Shown: piece after piece, positions 28,080-37,985 of the stretch
Layout: the number at the start of each line of letters is the position of its first letter
Numbering within the stretch: position 1 is the stretch's first letter
Translations under genes and position numbers: made by a program
Assembly (NCBI GenBank): GCA_963717145.1
Contig: OY970325.1
Location: 4,928,001 to 4,992,000, forward strand
DNA length: 64,000 nt
Source: an uncultured Armatimonadetes bacterium
GTDB lineage: Bacteria > Armatimonadota > UBA5829 > DTJY01
Direction of reading: 5' to 3'
Notes under the pieces: model-generated
The model's input: only the letters and a program-made list of their open reading frames with translations
Told to the model about the DNA's origin: nothing
The model's database searches: none

Positions 28080-29945
28080 TTGTTCATAATGCTTCTTAGG
28101 GCTGTCCATGTGTTATCAAGAAGTCTCCGCTCACGGACCGGAAGGCATCGCTACTGCTTGCCAGACAAAATGTGTTCGGATTGGGTGCACAGTTCTCCAC
28201 TGTCTGCTATTGCTGTAATATGCCTACTGCTGCTCAGTTCCGTCCAGTGTGCTGGGGCGGGGGAGCCAGAATCGGCAGAGCTGTCTTCCGAAGCACCTAA
28301 GCTTTACTCGCCGTTCGATGAGCCTAAGCCGAAGATACCCGCAGAGATCCTCTCCGACATACGCCTTGACACGAAGGTTACGATCTCAGTGAAGAGCAAG
28401 AACATGAAAGATCTCTTCTGGGAGATCCGTAAACGGACCGGCGTGAACATCGTCGCCGCGAAGGATCTGTCGGGTGAGAGGGCGATAGTTTTTTGCCACG
28501 ACAAACCCCTGCGCGACGTTATGACAGAGATCTCCGCGCTCTACGGGTACTACTGGCTGGCCAAGGGGCAAAAGGGTGCCTGGACCTACGAACTCTTCGA
28601 GGACATGATCCACGCCAAGCGAAGGGATCAGGTGCGAGACTCTCAGGAAGCGGCACAGGTCGACGCGCTCCTCGACTGCATCGATCAGGCCACCAGGGCG
28701 ATAAAGAGTGATGCCGCGCTCGAGCAGTTGCGCCGGACTAATCCGCGTCTGCACCTAACGGTGGCGGACCCCGGCAAGAGGGAACTGCTCAATCTCATCA
28801 ACCTCATGGACAAGCCGACCATTCGCGGTTTTCTGAATGACGTCGGGATAGCGTGGGACTTTCCCGATATGTCGGCCGAGATGCAGTCCGGAGTCCTCAA
28901 AGCTATCAACGGGGAGTATGGTGTGCGCGAAGGGGCGGGGTACGAGCCGTTGACCGCCGATCGGATGCAGAAGGCCTACGTGAGATTCAAGCGCTGGCGG
29001 ATGAACCTCTTCACGCCTCCTCACGTCATGCTCGTGGTGTCGGTCCCTGCAAAGGAGGATGGAACCGGCGGGGGGAGGCGGATGTGCATGTGGACGGATT
29101 ATGACGAAGGAGAGCCTGATCTGCTCAGCATGCCGGAGCAGCCCGCGGGGAGAGTGATCGGCGATCCGCTGCCGAGCGACGTCAAGATCACTGTCGAGAA
29201 GAAGCACGAGGTGTTCAACTATGGCGCGATCCTGGTCCAAGACGTGCTGGAGGCGGTTGCCAGGCAGGCGAAACTCAATGTCGTCGCCGACTACTATTTC
29301 CAGGAGACGGAGCTGCCCGCTTGTTCCGATGAGCCGCTGGACAAACTGGTCTCCGAGGTATGCCTCAAGATGGATTATACCTGCCAGGTGGAGAAGGATA
29401 CACTGCGCTTCAAATTCAACAAGTGGTATCTGCAGCCGCTGCCCGAGGAGCCGCCATCGGCACTTCAGGAACTCTGGTGGAGAAAGGTAAAGGAAACCGG
29501 CGGCCTGTCGCTCGATGATCTTCTGGATATCGCGTGTCTGCGGGATAAGCAGACATTCTGGGCAGGGTTCCGGTTTATACCCCAGGCACAGCAGGCAAGG
29601 TTGTTCCCCAGGACTGCGAGGATGGTGCGAATGCTCGGCTCGGCGCTCGAGGATGAAGCGTGTACTCCGGCGGGTCTGCCTGTCTCCAAACTCGACGCGG
29701 ACCAGTTCAGCCGCATCGCCGACTGGGCCGGCGTCATGGGGATTAAGGAGACACTAGAGGGCCTGCTCAAATGTACGATCAAGATCAAGAAATCGGGTGA
29801 TCCTGTGAACAGCCTCCAGTTCATGCTTGTGCTTCCGGACGGCACGCCTCGCGGCGTGCCGCTGAATGCGAGACTCGAACGCCTTGACGAGAAAGAACGC
29901 CGCACACTTGCCGCGGGAAAGGGCGGCAGAGCTGGCATCGGATAG
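28080..29945 (+). CDS. Secreted hypothetical protein with repeated secretin/STN-like N domains
   Basis: Signal-like hydrophobic stretch; two 'KVTI...DL...I..TGVNIVA' type segments; start uncertain. Confidence 0.5.
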   Translation: MFIMLLRAVHVLSRSLRSRTGRHRYCLPDKMCSDWVHSSPLSAIAVICLLLLSSVQCAGAGEPESAELSSEAPKLYSPFDEPKPKIPAEILSDIRLDTKVTISVKSKNMKDLFWEIRKRTGVNIVAAKDLSGERAIVFCHDKPLRDVMTEISALYGYYWLAKGQKGAWTYELFEDMIHAKRRDQVRDSQEAAQVDALLDCIDQATRAIKSDAALEQLRRTNPRLHLTVADPGKRELLNLINLMDKPTIRGFLNDVGIAWDFPDMSAEMQSGVLKAINGEYGVREGAGYEPLTADRMQKAYVRFKRWRMNLFTPPHVMLVVSVPAKEDGTGGGRRMCMWTDYDEGEPDLLSMPEQPAGRVIGDPLPSDVKITVEKKHEVFNYGAILVQDVLEAVARQAKLNVVADYYFQETELPACSDEPLDKLVSEVCLKMDYTCQVEKDTLRFKFNKWYLQPLPEEPPSALQELWWRKVKETGGLSLDDLLDIACLRDKQTFWAGFRFIPQAQQARLFPRTARMVRMLGSALEDEACTPAGLPVSKLDADQFSRIADWAGVMGIKETLEGLLKCTIKIKKSGDPVNSLQFMLVLPDGTPRGVPLNARLERLDEKERRTLAAGKGGRAGIG

Positions 29946-30304
29946 GATTGAGGTATCGGTATCGAGCGACAAGTGATGCTCATGCATTCTATGCTATCTG
30001 AGCGCGCGGCTCGGAGATGAGTAGCTGTTTCTGCTTGAACTGGGGATCGGCTAGTGACCCGATATGCGGCACGTGGCACATCCTACGCCAATATGCAGAT
30101 TTATCGGCGTTCTACTTGGCCTAAGATCGGACCAAAGGACCATCCTTGTGCCTGGGCTACTCGGACTGCTGGTGTGCTCTATACTGTCGGCATACCTGAA
30201 ATGATAATACAATCTCTAGATACTTTTTGTGGATCAGTGGGAGCGCAGAAAAATGGGTACTCCGTAGGGTCACAAGCTTCCTGCAGATGTTGGTTGGGTG
30301 CAAG

Positions 30305-31498
30305 ATGCTGTTTCTGTTCTGGCTGAGTCTGGGACTGCTGCTGTATATCTATATTGGCTACCCTGTGCTTCTTTTCTGTCTCACTAGGATCTGGTGCAAC
30401 AAGACGGGAAAAGCGTCGGTGTTGCCGAGCGTGAGCATTGTCATCTCGGCTCACAATGAGGAGGCAGGCATTAGGCGCAAGTTGGAGAACACCCTGGCTC
30501 TCGACTATCCGAAGGACCTTTGCGAGATCGTCCTGGTATCGGACGGATCCACCGATCGCACCGCCGAGATTGCCGTGGAGTTCGAGGAGCACGGAGTGCA
30601 ATGCCTCGTACTCTCGGAATGGGAAGGCAAGGCGGTTGCCCTCAACTGTGCGCTCGAGTTGGCGCAGGGCGAGATAATAGCTTTCACTGATGTGGCTGCA
30701 CTGGCCGAACCGGACTGCATCCGCAAACTCGTTGCGAATTTCGCAGATCCGAGGGTGGGATGTGTCTCTGCGGAGATGCAGGTGGTCGCTCAAGGGTCTG
30801 GAGGAAGTGAAGGTACGTACATTAGGTATCTGATGACTCTTCGGAGGCTTGAAGGGCAGATTGGCTCTTGTACGTGCGTATGCGGTCCGCTGTATGCTGC
30901 TCGCAAGGTCTTATGCCCTGAGTTTCCGGCACACATGGCAACAGATCTGGTATCGGCACTGGAAGCCGTACGATGTGGGTTCAAAGTGGTCAGCGAACCT
31001 GCAGCCCGCATGAGCGTTGGTAGCGTGGCTACTCAGCGAGAGGAGTTCCGAAGGAAAGCTCGCACTGTAATGTTAGGAGTTGAGTGCCTGCCAAAAATGA
31101 TGGAGCTTCTCAACCCGTTTCGATATGGCGTATTCTCCCTAGAACTGATTAGCCACAAGTTACTGCGCTGGGCTGGCGGGGTCTTCATGGCATTCCTGCT
31201 CATTTCCAGCATAGTGCTCTACGGTTCTTCGGAGGTATATGGTTTGGCACTGGTAGCCCAACTTGCTGTTTACTCACTCGCGTTAGCGGGAGGGTTATCC
31301 GAACGACTAGCCAGCAGATGCAGCGCGGTGCGCATATCAAGTTTCGTTGTTTATTCCCATGCTGCTGCACTCTTGGCATGCTGGAACTACTTGTGGGGTA
31401 AGCACACATGCACGTGGCACCCCTCAATACATCAGGTACCAGAAGAGTATGAGCCAAGCGCTGATAGCCTCTCTTTTTCCGGACGACGTGACTGCTGA
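30305..31498 (+). CDS. Membrane glycosyltransferase family 2
   Basis: PSVSIVISAHNEE, VSDGSTDRT, GKAVALN, FTD, EFRRKAR; N- and C-terminal TMs. Confidence 0.9.
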   Translation: MLFLFWLSLGLLLYIYIGYPVLLFCLTRIWCNKTGKASVLPSVSIVISAHNEEAGIRRKLENTLALDYPKDLCEIVLVSDGSTDRTAEIAVEFEEHGVQCLVLSEWEGKAVALNCALELAQGEIIAFTDVAALAEPDCIRKLVANFADPRVGCVSAEMQVVAQGSGGSEGTYIRYLMTLRRLEGQIGSCTCVCGPLYAARKVLCPEFPAHMATDLVSALEAVRCGFKVVSEPAARMSVGSVATQREEFRRKARTVMLGVECLPKMMELLNPFRYGVFSLELISHKLLRWAGGVFMAFLLISSIVLYGSSEVYGLALVAQLAVYSLALAGGLSERLASRCSAVRISSFVVYSHAAALLACWNYLWGKHTCTWHPSIHQVPEEYEPSADSLSFSGRRDC

Positions 31499-32153
31499 GG
31501 AGTCCTGGGGGAGCGACACCCTTGCCGGCCTCCACCCTGAGGAAGAAGCTCTGACTTCCAGCATGTCTACGAAGAGATACATCGAGTTCGCAGCCGGCCG
31601 ATGTTGTGCTCGACGAGCGCTGTCGAAACTGGGAGTATATGATACGCCTATCCTTGTACAACCAGACAGAGCTCCCATTTGGCCAACTGGCATCGTGGGC
31701 AGTATCTCCCACACGGAAGGGTATGTTGGCGCAGCTGTTGCTCGCAATGATGGAATACTGGGTATCGGTCTGGATGCGGAGGTGCTTGGAACTGTTGATC
31801 CAGACGTATGGCGGTTTGTTTGCACTGAGGAGGAGGTTTCGTGGCTCAGATCCTTGGATAGCGGGGAGAAACATACATATTCCTACCTCATCTTCAGTGC
31901 GAAGGAATGCACTTACAAGTGCTGGTGCTCGGCTACGAAACAGCGCTTGGGTTTTCACGATCTGCGCATTGTCATCGATGTGTCGCATCAGCGGTTCAGA
32001 GCAGAATTCCTTCTCGATGAAGGAAACAGGTTTCGCAAGGGGGCGTCACTGTTGGGCACCTATGGGCTTCACATGGGCTATGTCTTCACCGGAATGACCC
32101 TCCGCGCAGCTCATCTGCGGTCTATCTTGGCTCCGAATCGGCTGGAGATCTGA
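31449..32153 (+). CDS. 4'-phosphopantetheinyl transferase (EntD/Sfp type)
   Basis: EFAAGRCCARRAL, PIWPTGIVGSISH, GIGLDAE, FSAKECTYK. Confidence 0.92.
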   Translation: MSQALIASLFPDDVTAEESWGSDTLAGLHPEEEALTSSMSTKRYIEFAAGRCCARRALSKLGVYDTPILVQPDRAPIWPTGIVGSISHTEGYVGAAVARNDGILGIGLDAEVLGTVDPDVWRFVCTEEEVSWLRSLDSGEKHTYSYLIFSAKECTYKCWCSATKQRLGFHDLRIVIDVSHQRFRAEFLLDEGNRFRKGASLLGTYGLHMGYVFTGMTLRAAHLRSILAPNRLEI

Positions 32154-32163
32154 TCTTAGCCAG

Positions 32164-33255
32164 GTGAGTTCTGGCCCAAGCCCGGGAAGGCGGAATCAGG
32201 GACACGTGCAGTATAGCACTCAGGCTACGATCAACGCAGAGAAATCGGACGCAGTTGTACAAGTCTCGGGATTGTGCAAGAACCTCCCTAAACGGCGACC
32301 AATGGTGGCGGCCATCCTTCATCCGTTCAGATGGCAGTGGCTGCCCGTACTTAGCGATATAGATCTTGAACTGCGCTGTGGGGAGATTCTGGGAGTCGTT
32401 GGCCCGAATGGTGCAGGGAAAAGCACGCTCCTTCGCATCCTGTGCGGCCTCCTGCTGCCGGATTCCGGGAGTGTGCGCGTTTGCGGAGTTGATCTTGCGC
32501 ACGAAGGACATGAGATCAAGCGTAAGGTTGGCTATGTCCCTGCTGATGAGAGGGGTCTCCTAGGGAGAATCTCCGGTTTTGAGAATCTAGAGTTCTTTGC
32601 ACGACTGAATGATCTATCTGGCAAGGAATTGCAGTCGAGGGTGATGCGATCCTTGGAGCGGGTGGGGCTGGCTGAACAAGCTGACAAGCAGTTCATGAAC
32701 TATTCCAGCGGCATGAAGCAAAGGTTGCTAATTGCTAGAGGTTTGCTGATCGCACCAGAAGTGCTGCTCCTTGATGAGCCGACCAGAAGCCTTGATCCAT
32801 TTTCCGCCAGCACCGTGCGAGCACTGGTAAACGAGATACGATCATCTCAGAAGTGCAGCGTGATCATAGCGAGCCATAACCTGGTGGAGATCGAGGCGAT
32901 ATGTGATCGTGTGGTTGTTCTGAGCGGCGGGCGTATACTGGTCTCGGGCACGATCGATGAAGTAGTGAACGTCTGCCCGGAATCCGATCAAGATTCATAT
33001 CAGATCGCTTTTCGCGGGTGCCCCAAGCGTCTCTTGGAACTAGCTGATGCGTTGGGTCTCTCGGGTCTTCAGATGTCCGTAGTAGCGGGCAACCAGATCT
33101 GTTTGAGGGTAAGGGCGGACTCAGGGAGATTAGTCGGCCAATTGATTGCAGATCTCCTTAAAGCCGGCTTTGAAGTAGATTCATTAGCCAAGAGTTTCTC
33201 CACTCTTGAAGACACATTCTTGAGGATTACCCGTGAGCTTTCGGATTCCCAATAG
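32164..33255 (+). CDS. ABC-2 type exporter ATP-binding protein
   Basis: GPNGAGKST, YSSGMKQR, LLLDEPT, SH. Confidence 0.93.
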   Translation: MSSGPSPGRRNQGHVQYSTQATINAEKSDAVVQVSGLCKNLPKRRPMVAAILHPFRWQWLPVLSDIDLELRCGEILGVVGPNGAGKSTLLRILCGLLLPDSGSVRVCGVDLAHEGHEIKRKVGYVPADERGLLGRISGFENLEFFARLNDLSGKELQSRVMRSLERVGLAEQADKQFMNYSSGMKQRLLIARGLLIAPEVLLLDEPTRSLDPFSASTVRALVNEIRSSQKCSVIIASHNLVEIEAICDRVVVLSGGRILVSGTIDEVVNVCPESDQDSYQIAFRGCPKRLLELADALGLSGLQMSVVAGNQICLRVRADSGRLVGQLIADLLKAGFEVDSLAKSFSTLEDTFLRITRELSDSQ

Positions 33256-34051
33256 GTTGTTTGCCTATCTTAAGCGCGAATTTGCCTTTGCCTGCAGCTA
33301 TCCGGCTGGTTTTGGAATAGACATCGTCGGCGCCTTCGGATCGGTGTTCTCATTCTACTTCTTGTCGCTGATCGTGGGTGGCAGCGCCGAAAAGTGGCTG
33401 GCAGCGTATGGAGGTGACTACTTCACTTTCGCGTTAATAGGTGTAGCCTTCTCGAAGTATCTGGATGTATCCCTCAACTCATTTAGGCTGATCATACGGC
33501 GCGAGCAATTCACTGGCTCGCTCGAATTGATCATGCAGAGCCCAATCAATACTTATGAAGTGATTGTCTACTCCTCAGTCTATCAGTTTGTGTGGGCAAC
33601 CCTTGTGGTCTTACTCTATCTGGCGATTGGGGCTTGGGTGTTTGGCGTCAGATTCGATCACGCAGACTTGCTATCTGTAAGCGTTCTGTTCTTGCTTATG
33701 CTTCTGTCGCTCTGCAGCCTGGGCATTATGTCCGCTGCCTTTACCCTCGTGATAAAGGAAACCGATCCCTTTACGTGGCTGGTCGGCACCGTGTCCACGG
33801 TGTTGGGAGGCGTGATCTATCCTATCAGCGTCTTGCCAGGGTTTCTGCGCTTGTTTGCCGAGTCATTGCCGTTTACTATAGCCCTGAGCGGGCTGCGCCG
33901 AGCCCTTCTGCAAGGGATGCCTATTCAGGCGCTGGGGAACGAGGTACTGGGTTTGGCGGTCTGGGCACTATTGCTCACTCCTCTGGGATTCCTGGCACTG
34001 CAGTACAGCCTGAGATTCGCCAGGAGACACGGTGTGCTGGCCCAGTACTGA
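33233..34051 (+). CDS. ABC-2 type exporter permease
   Basis: About 6 TMs, RREQFTGSLE, GVIYPISVLP. Confidence 0.88.
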   Translation: MSFRIPNRLFAYLKREFAFACSYPAGFGIDIVGAFGSVFSFYFLSLIVGGSAEKWLAAYGGDYFTFALIGVAFSKYLDVSLNSFRLIIRREQFTGSLELIMQSPINTYEVIVYSSVYQFVWATLVVLLYLAIGAWVFGVRFDHADLLSVSVLFLLMLLSLCSLGIMSAAFTLVIKETDPFTWLVGTVSTVLGGVIYPISVLPGFLRLFAESLPFTIALSGLRRALLQGMPIQALGNEVLGLAVWALLLTPLGFLALQYSLRFARRHGVLAQY

Positions 34052-34123
34052 ATTGCGATATCTGTGCTCTCGAGTTCACGCATACAGACCTAGTCCGCGG
34101 AGTTGGCTGCTGTCAAGGAAACC

Positions 34124-34909
34124 ATGGAACCGTTGTATTTTTGCAAGGAATCTAGAAGGCTCTTCGGCGTATACCATCCGCCGATCGCCAACCCGCCGCA
34201 CGAGATAGGTGTTATCCTATGTTATCCCATAGGATGGGAATATCTATCTGCTCACCATGCCTATGTCCGGCTGGCAAGTATGATCGCGTCCAGTGGGATA
34301 CCCACGCTCCGCTTTGACTACTTTGGTTGCGGGGATTCAGAAGGCGACAGCACGGAGGGCACAGCTAGTCAATGGATAGATGACATTTCTGCTGCCATCC
34401 GTGAACTCGAAGCCGGTACAGGTATAACGAGACTGTTCCTGATAGGCTGTCAGTTTGGAGCGACACTATCTCTCATGGCTGGCGCTCTGCAAGAGGACGT
34501 CAGCGGCGTTGTGCTCTGGGAACCGGTCGTCAACGGCCGTGCATACATCAGGCACTTGCATCGGCAGCAAGAGGACTGGCAACGAAGTTACATGTCACCC
34601 TCGTGTCGCCAGGAACAACTATCAGAGGTACTGGGATTTCCACTGGTAGAGACCTTAATGCAGGAGATAATGAATATTGATCTCACCACGTTTCGCGAAC
34701 CTCTGCTGCGCAACGCACTCATTCTCGAGAGTCGCAAGACTATTGCAGCCAGGAGGCTTACCGGGGTACTGCGAGCAGGCGGTACTCAGGTGAGCTATAA
34801 GCGTATACCCGAGATGAGAGAGTCAATAAGGCAGGACGGCACTCGGAGTTTCATGAATCCCCAAGTGTTCCAATGTATCCTGGACTGGCTACTGAAGGTA
34901 GGCTCATGA
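34124..34909 (+). CDS. Alpha/beta hydrolase (exosortase-associated hydrolase 2-like), lacks the canonical Ser
   Basis: LRFDYFGCGDSEG, elbow GCQFG, VLWEPVVNG. Confidence 0.78.
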   Translation: MEPLYFCKESRRLFGVYHPPIANPPHEIGVILCYPIGWEYLSAHHAYVRLASMIASSGIPTLRFDYFGCGDSEGDSTEGTASQWIDDISAAIRELEAGTGITRLFLIGCQFGATLSLMAGALQEDVSGVVLWEPVVNGRAYIRHLHRQQEDWQRSYMSPSCRQEQLSEVLGFPLVETLMQEIMNIDLTTFREPLLRNALILESRKTIAARRLTGVLRAGGTQVSYKRIPEMRESIRQDGTRSFMNPQVFQCILDWLLKVGS

Positions 34910-35781
34910 GAGAAAGGGCTGTGTGTTTCGGAGAGAGCCAGTCGTTGATCGGAATCCTTGCCGAACCCGCGTCGACCCAGTCCCCCCCAGATCTCCCCGG
35001 TATACTCTTTCTCAATGCTGGGTGGCTACACCGGGTTGGACCCAATCGTATATATGTTGGTATGGCAAGGAGTATGGCGGACTTGGGATTTGCCACCTTA
35101 AGGTTTGATCTCTCAGGGATAGGCGACAGCCGCAACCGCCATGATCATCTACAGTCTAAGCAATCTGCAACCAGTGATGTGCGTGACGCAATGGCATATT
35201 TGTCCTCGGCTCAGGGCGTAGAGCGGTTTATCCTTATCGGACATTGCTCAGGAGCGGATCTCGCACTAGACGTCGCCGTAACCGATGCAGCGGTTGTAGG
35301 CGCAGTGTTGATCAACGGTTTCTACTTCAGCGAGATGCCCGAGGAATCCACGCCAGCCATGTATGCACATTTCCTCGCAAGAAACATCGGAAGACATCTC
35401 CTCAACGTCCAGAGCTGGCGAAGGGTTCTCACACGGAGACACGATTTACGGAGGTTGTTGCTTGCCCTCCGTTACAGGCTCAGCAGAGGGAAGGGAAGAG
35501 ATGTTCCGGCTCACGGCGAGGTCGAACGGCGATCCGTATGGCAAACACTGACTGAGCGAGACACTGAGCTGCTTCTCGTGTACTCGGAAGGTAGCGCAGC
35601 CTACGATAGGTTCCGATTAGCATTCGAGGAGCATTGCAGGGCTTTGGAAGCATCTCGCAAGCTGCAGGTGGAAGTAATATTGCAGACGGACCACTTATTT
35701 ACGCCCATATCTCAGCAACAGTATCTAATGAAACTGGTCAGTCGATGGATTGGCGATGATACGAGGGGTTGGAGGCTATGA
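34906..35781 (+). CDS. Alpha/beta hydrolase (hydrolase 1-like)
   Basis: NAGWLHRVGPNR, LRFDLSGIGDS, GHCSG, DHLFT. Confidence 0.8.
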   Translation: MRERAVCFGESQSLIGILAEPASTQSPPDLPGILFLNAGWLHRVGPNRIYVGMARSMADLGFATLRFDLSGIGDSRNRHDHLQSKQSATSDVRDAMAYLSSAQGVERFILIGHCSGADLALDVAVTDAAVVGAVLINGFYFSEMPEESTPAMYAHFLARNIGRHLLNVQSWRRVLTRRHDLRRLLLALRYRLSRGKGRDVPAHGEVERRSVWQTLTERDTELLLVYSEGSAAYDRFRLAFEEHCRALEASRKLQVEVILQTDHLFTPISQQQYLMKLVSRWIGDDTRGWRL

Positions 35782-35989
35782 CAGATAGCACTCCGGCATT
35801 TCCAGTGTTCTCGTCAGCTATTGTGAATCCCTGGGGGCCATGGAGACTCATGGCAAGGTTCATCTCATGGAGCTTACCGATCACTGCAGGGCTCAACGGA
35901 CAATCTATCCTTGGACAGGCTACCTGGACACCCTGTGCAACCTGGGCGCTTGGGTGACACCGCCGAATATCTGCACAGTTTGATGACCC

Positions 35990-36437
35990 ATCGATGGTAT
36001 AACTGCATTTGTTGTGCACTACGTATGGGGCGCTGAGGGCACTTCTTGGTCGGTTGGTCCAGCGGAGTAACCAGGAAGAGTGTCTGGCGGGCATGAAACG
36101 GATTTACAATCAGCCTAACCGGCAGGAAGCTGTTCGAGCATACCATGAGTGGGGGGCAAGATGGAGGGCGAAGGAACCACGCGGTAGAGTGTCTGGCAAA
36201 GGACCTGGAAGAACTGCTCACCTTCTACCAGATGCCGGAGCATCATTGGAAGAAGATTAGGATCACCAACCCCATCGGGGGATCATTCAGAGAAGTCCGG
36301 CGAAGGACTCGGCGGATGATCTGCTCTGCGAACAAGGCCAGCTGCGATCGGATCACCTTAACAGTGTTCGATTCCTTCAACGAGCAATAGGACTCACGCC
36401 CCATTCGCCGTTCTACAAAGAAGGATTTGACACTACC
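35990..36437 (+). pseudogene. IS256-family transposase 3' remnant with right end
   Basis: Frameshifted AVECLAKDLEELLTFY.MPEHHWKKIRITNPI..FREVRRRTR; terminal ...ttctacaaagaaggatttgacactacc. Confidence 0.82.
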
Positions 36438-36452
36438 AGCAAGAACAAGGCA

Positions 36453-36481
36453 TTGACAGCCAAGGCAAAGCAGGTTAGTAT
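36453..36481 (+). promoter_or_regulatory. sigma70-type promoter TTGACA-N17-TAGTAT for the AHBA operon
   Basis: TTGACA at 36453-36458, TAGTAT at 36476-36481, 55 bp before the ROK gene. Confidence 0.7.
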
Positions 36482-36535
36482 GGAAGCGCGCCTTCAGCGA
36501 CTCTTCACTGGGGCAGGAAGCAGAGGGACAGTGAC

Positions 36536-37549
36536 GTGGCTGGTTTCTTCTTGGGACTAGATATCGGTGGAACGAACGTCCGGATCGCATCATATGACGT
36601 CTCCACGTTTCATGTGTTCACCACGGAACAGGATTCCTTCAAGAGAGTCGGTGATGCTAGGACCGAAGTCGATCATAATGTGTGCCGACCGGTAGAGAGG
36701 CTAGTTAGAGAGAAGTCCAAAAAGGGAGGAAGACTGGCAGGCATCGGGCTGTCACTGGCTGCGCTGTTTGACAGGATCAGTGGCGACATCACGATGTGGC
36801 CGAACAATGGGACCTGGAACGGGTTTCCACTGAAGAGGTACTTGACAGACAAGTTCAGAGTTCCGATTCTGCTGGAGGACGATGCAAATGCCGCTGCCGT
36901 CGGCGAGCACCAGATGGGGGCCGGCAGAGGACACCGCGACCTGGCATACATTACGATAAGCACCGGAATCGGCTGCGGACTGATACTCCGCGACTCGCTC
37001 TATATTGGCTCCAACGGCTGGGCAGGAGAGATCGGACATATCGGAGTTGCCGAGGATGGACAGGAATGTAGTTGTGGCATGAGAGGCTGTCTTCAGTCCA
37101 TAGCTTCTGCGCCTGCGATCGTGAGGACATTCAATGGACCGGGCAGGACAGACGGCCATGAGGGACCGGAGGCTCTAGACCTGAGAGATGTAGTCAGTGT
37201 GGCAGCGCATGGGAACGCAAAGGCTGTCGACGTTCTCTTGCAGGCCGGTGCCTATGTCGGCAAGATGATAGCTGGTCTCGTCATGACGCTGGATCTGTCC
37301 CTGATCATACTTGGGGGTGGCGCCACGGGCGCAGGTGATCTGCTATCGGAACCTGTCCGAGACAGCGTCCGTCGCTGCCTTGGGGTTCATCAGCGTGACG
37401 TCAAGATAGTACGCTGTCACCTGGGAGACAGCAGTGGGACGATCGGCGCGCTGAACCTTATTCACCAGTATGTCAACAACAAGGCAGTGCCCGTCTGGGG
37501 TGGAATCATCGGAGGGGGCGCATCAATTGCTGACCGTCGCTGTGATTAA
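36536..37549 (+). CDS. rifN: ROK family sugar kinase, RifN-like kanosamine kinase by context
   Basis: LDIGGTN, DDANAAAVGE, STGIGCG, AGEIGH, CSCGMRGCL; adjacent to rifJ/rifK/rifM-like genes. Confidence 0.75.
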   Translation: MAGFFLGLDIGGTNVRIASYDVSTFHVFTTEQDSFKRVGDARTEVDHNVCRPVERLVREKSKKGGRLAGIGLSLAALFDRISGDITMWPNNGTWNGFPLKRYLTDKFRVPILLEDDANAAAVGEHQMGAGRGHRDLAYITISTGIGCGLILRDSLYIGSNGWAGEIGHIGVAEDGQECSCGMRGCLQSIASAPAIVRTFNGPGRTDGHEGPEALDLRDVVSVAAHGNAKAVDVLLQAGAYVGKMIAGLVMTLDLSLIILGGGATGAGDLLSEPVRDSVRRCLGVHQRDVKIVRCHLGDSSGTIGALNLIHQYVNNKAVPVWGGIIGGGASIADRRCD

Positions 37550-37985
37550 TGGTCCGAACCTCAAGTTGCTTGGCATAAGAGAGCCACAGATATACGGTCA
37601 CGAGCGGTGGAGCGATATCGAGAACCGACTGGAAACAGAGGCAGGGGAGATGGGAGTCAAGTTGCTGTTTTTTCAGTCCAATTACGAAGGTGCCATTGTC
37701 GAGTTCATCCAGGGCAATCTCTTCACCATGGATGGCGTAGTGATAAACCCTGCAGCTTACACCAAGACGGGATACGCGATCCTGGATGCGCTAACCTCTG
37801 TCGATCTACCATTTGTGGAAGTTCATCTTTCGAACATCCTCGCGAGAGGCGGCTGGCATTCGGAATCGGTATTCTCCGCCAATGCTGTTGGTCAGATCAT
37901 GGGATTTGGAGGGTATGTCTACTCCCTGGGTGTTAGAGCGGTGAGAAATCACCTTGATGGAATGGAGAAAAGAAAACATGAATGA
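37527..37985 (+). CDS. aroQ: Type II 3-dehydroquinate dehydratase, RifJ-like aminoDHQ dehydratase by context
   Basis: NGPNLKLLGIREPQIYG, FQSNYEG, INPAAY, VEVHLSN. Confidence 0.9.
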   Translation: MLTVAVINGPNLKLLGIREPQIYGHERWSDIENRLETEAGEMGVKLLFFQSNYEGAIVEFIQGNLFTMDGVVINPAAYTKTGYAILDALTSVDLPFVEVHLSNILARGGWHSESVFSANAVGQIMGFGGYVYSLGVRAVRNHLDGMEKRKHE

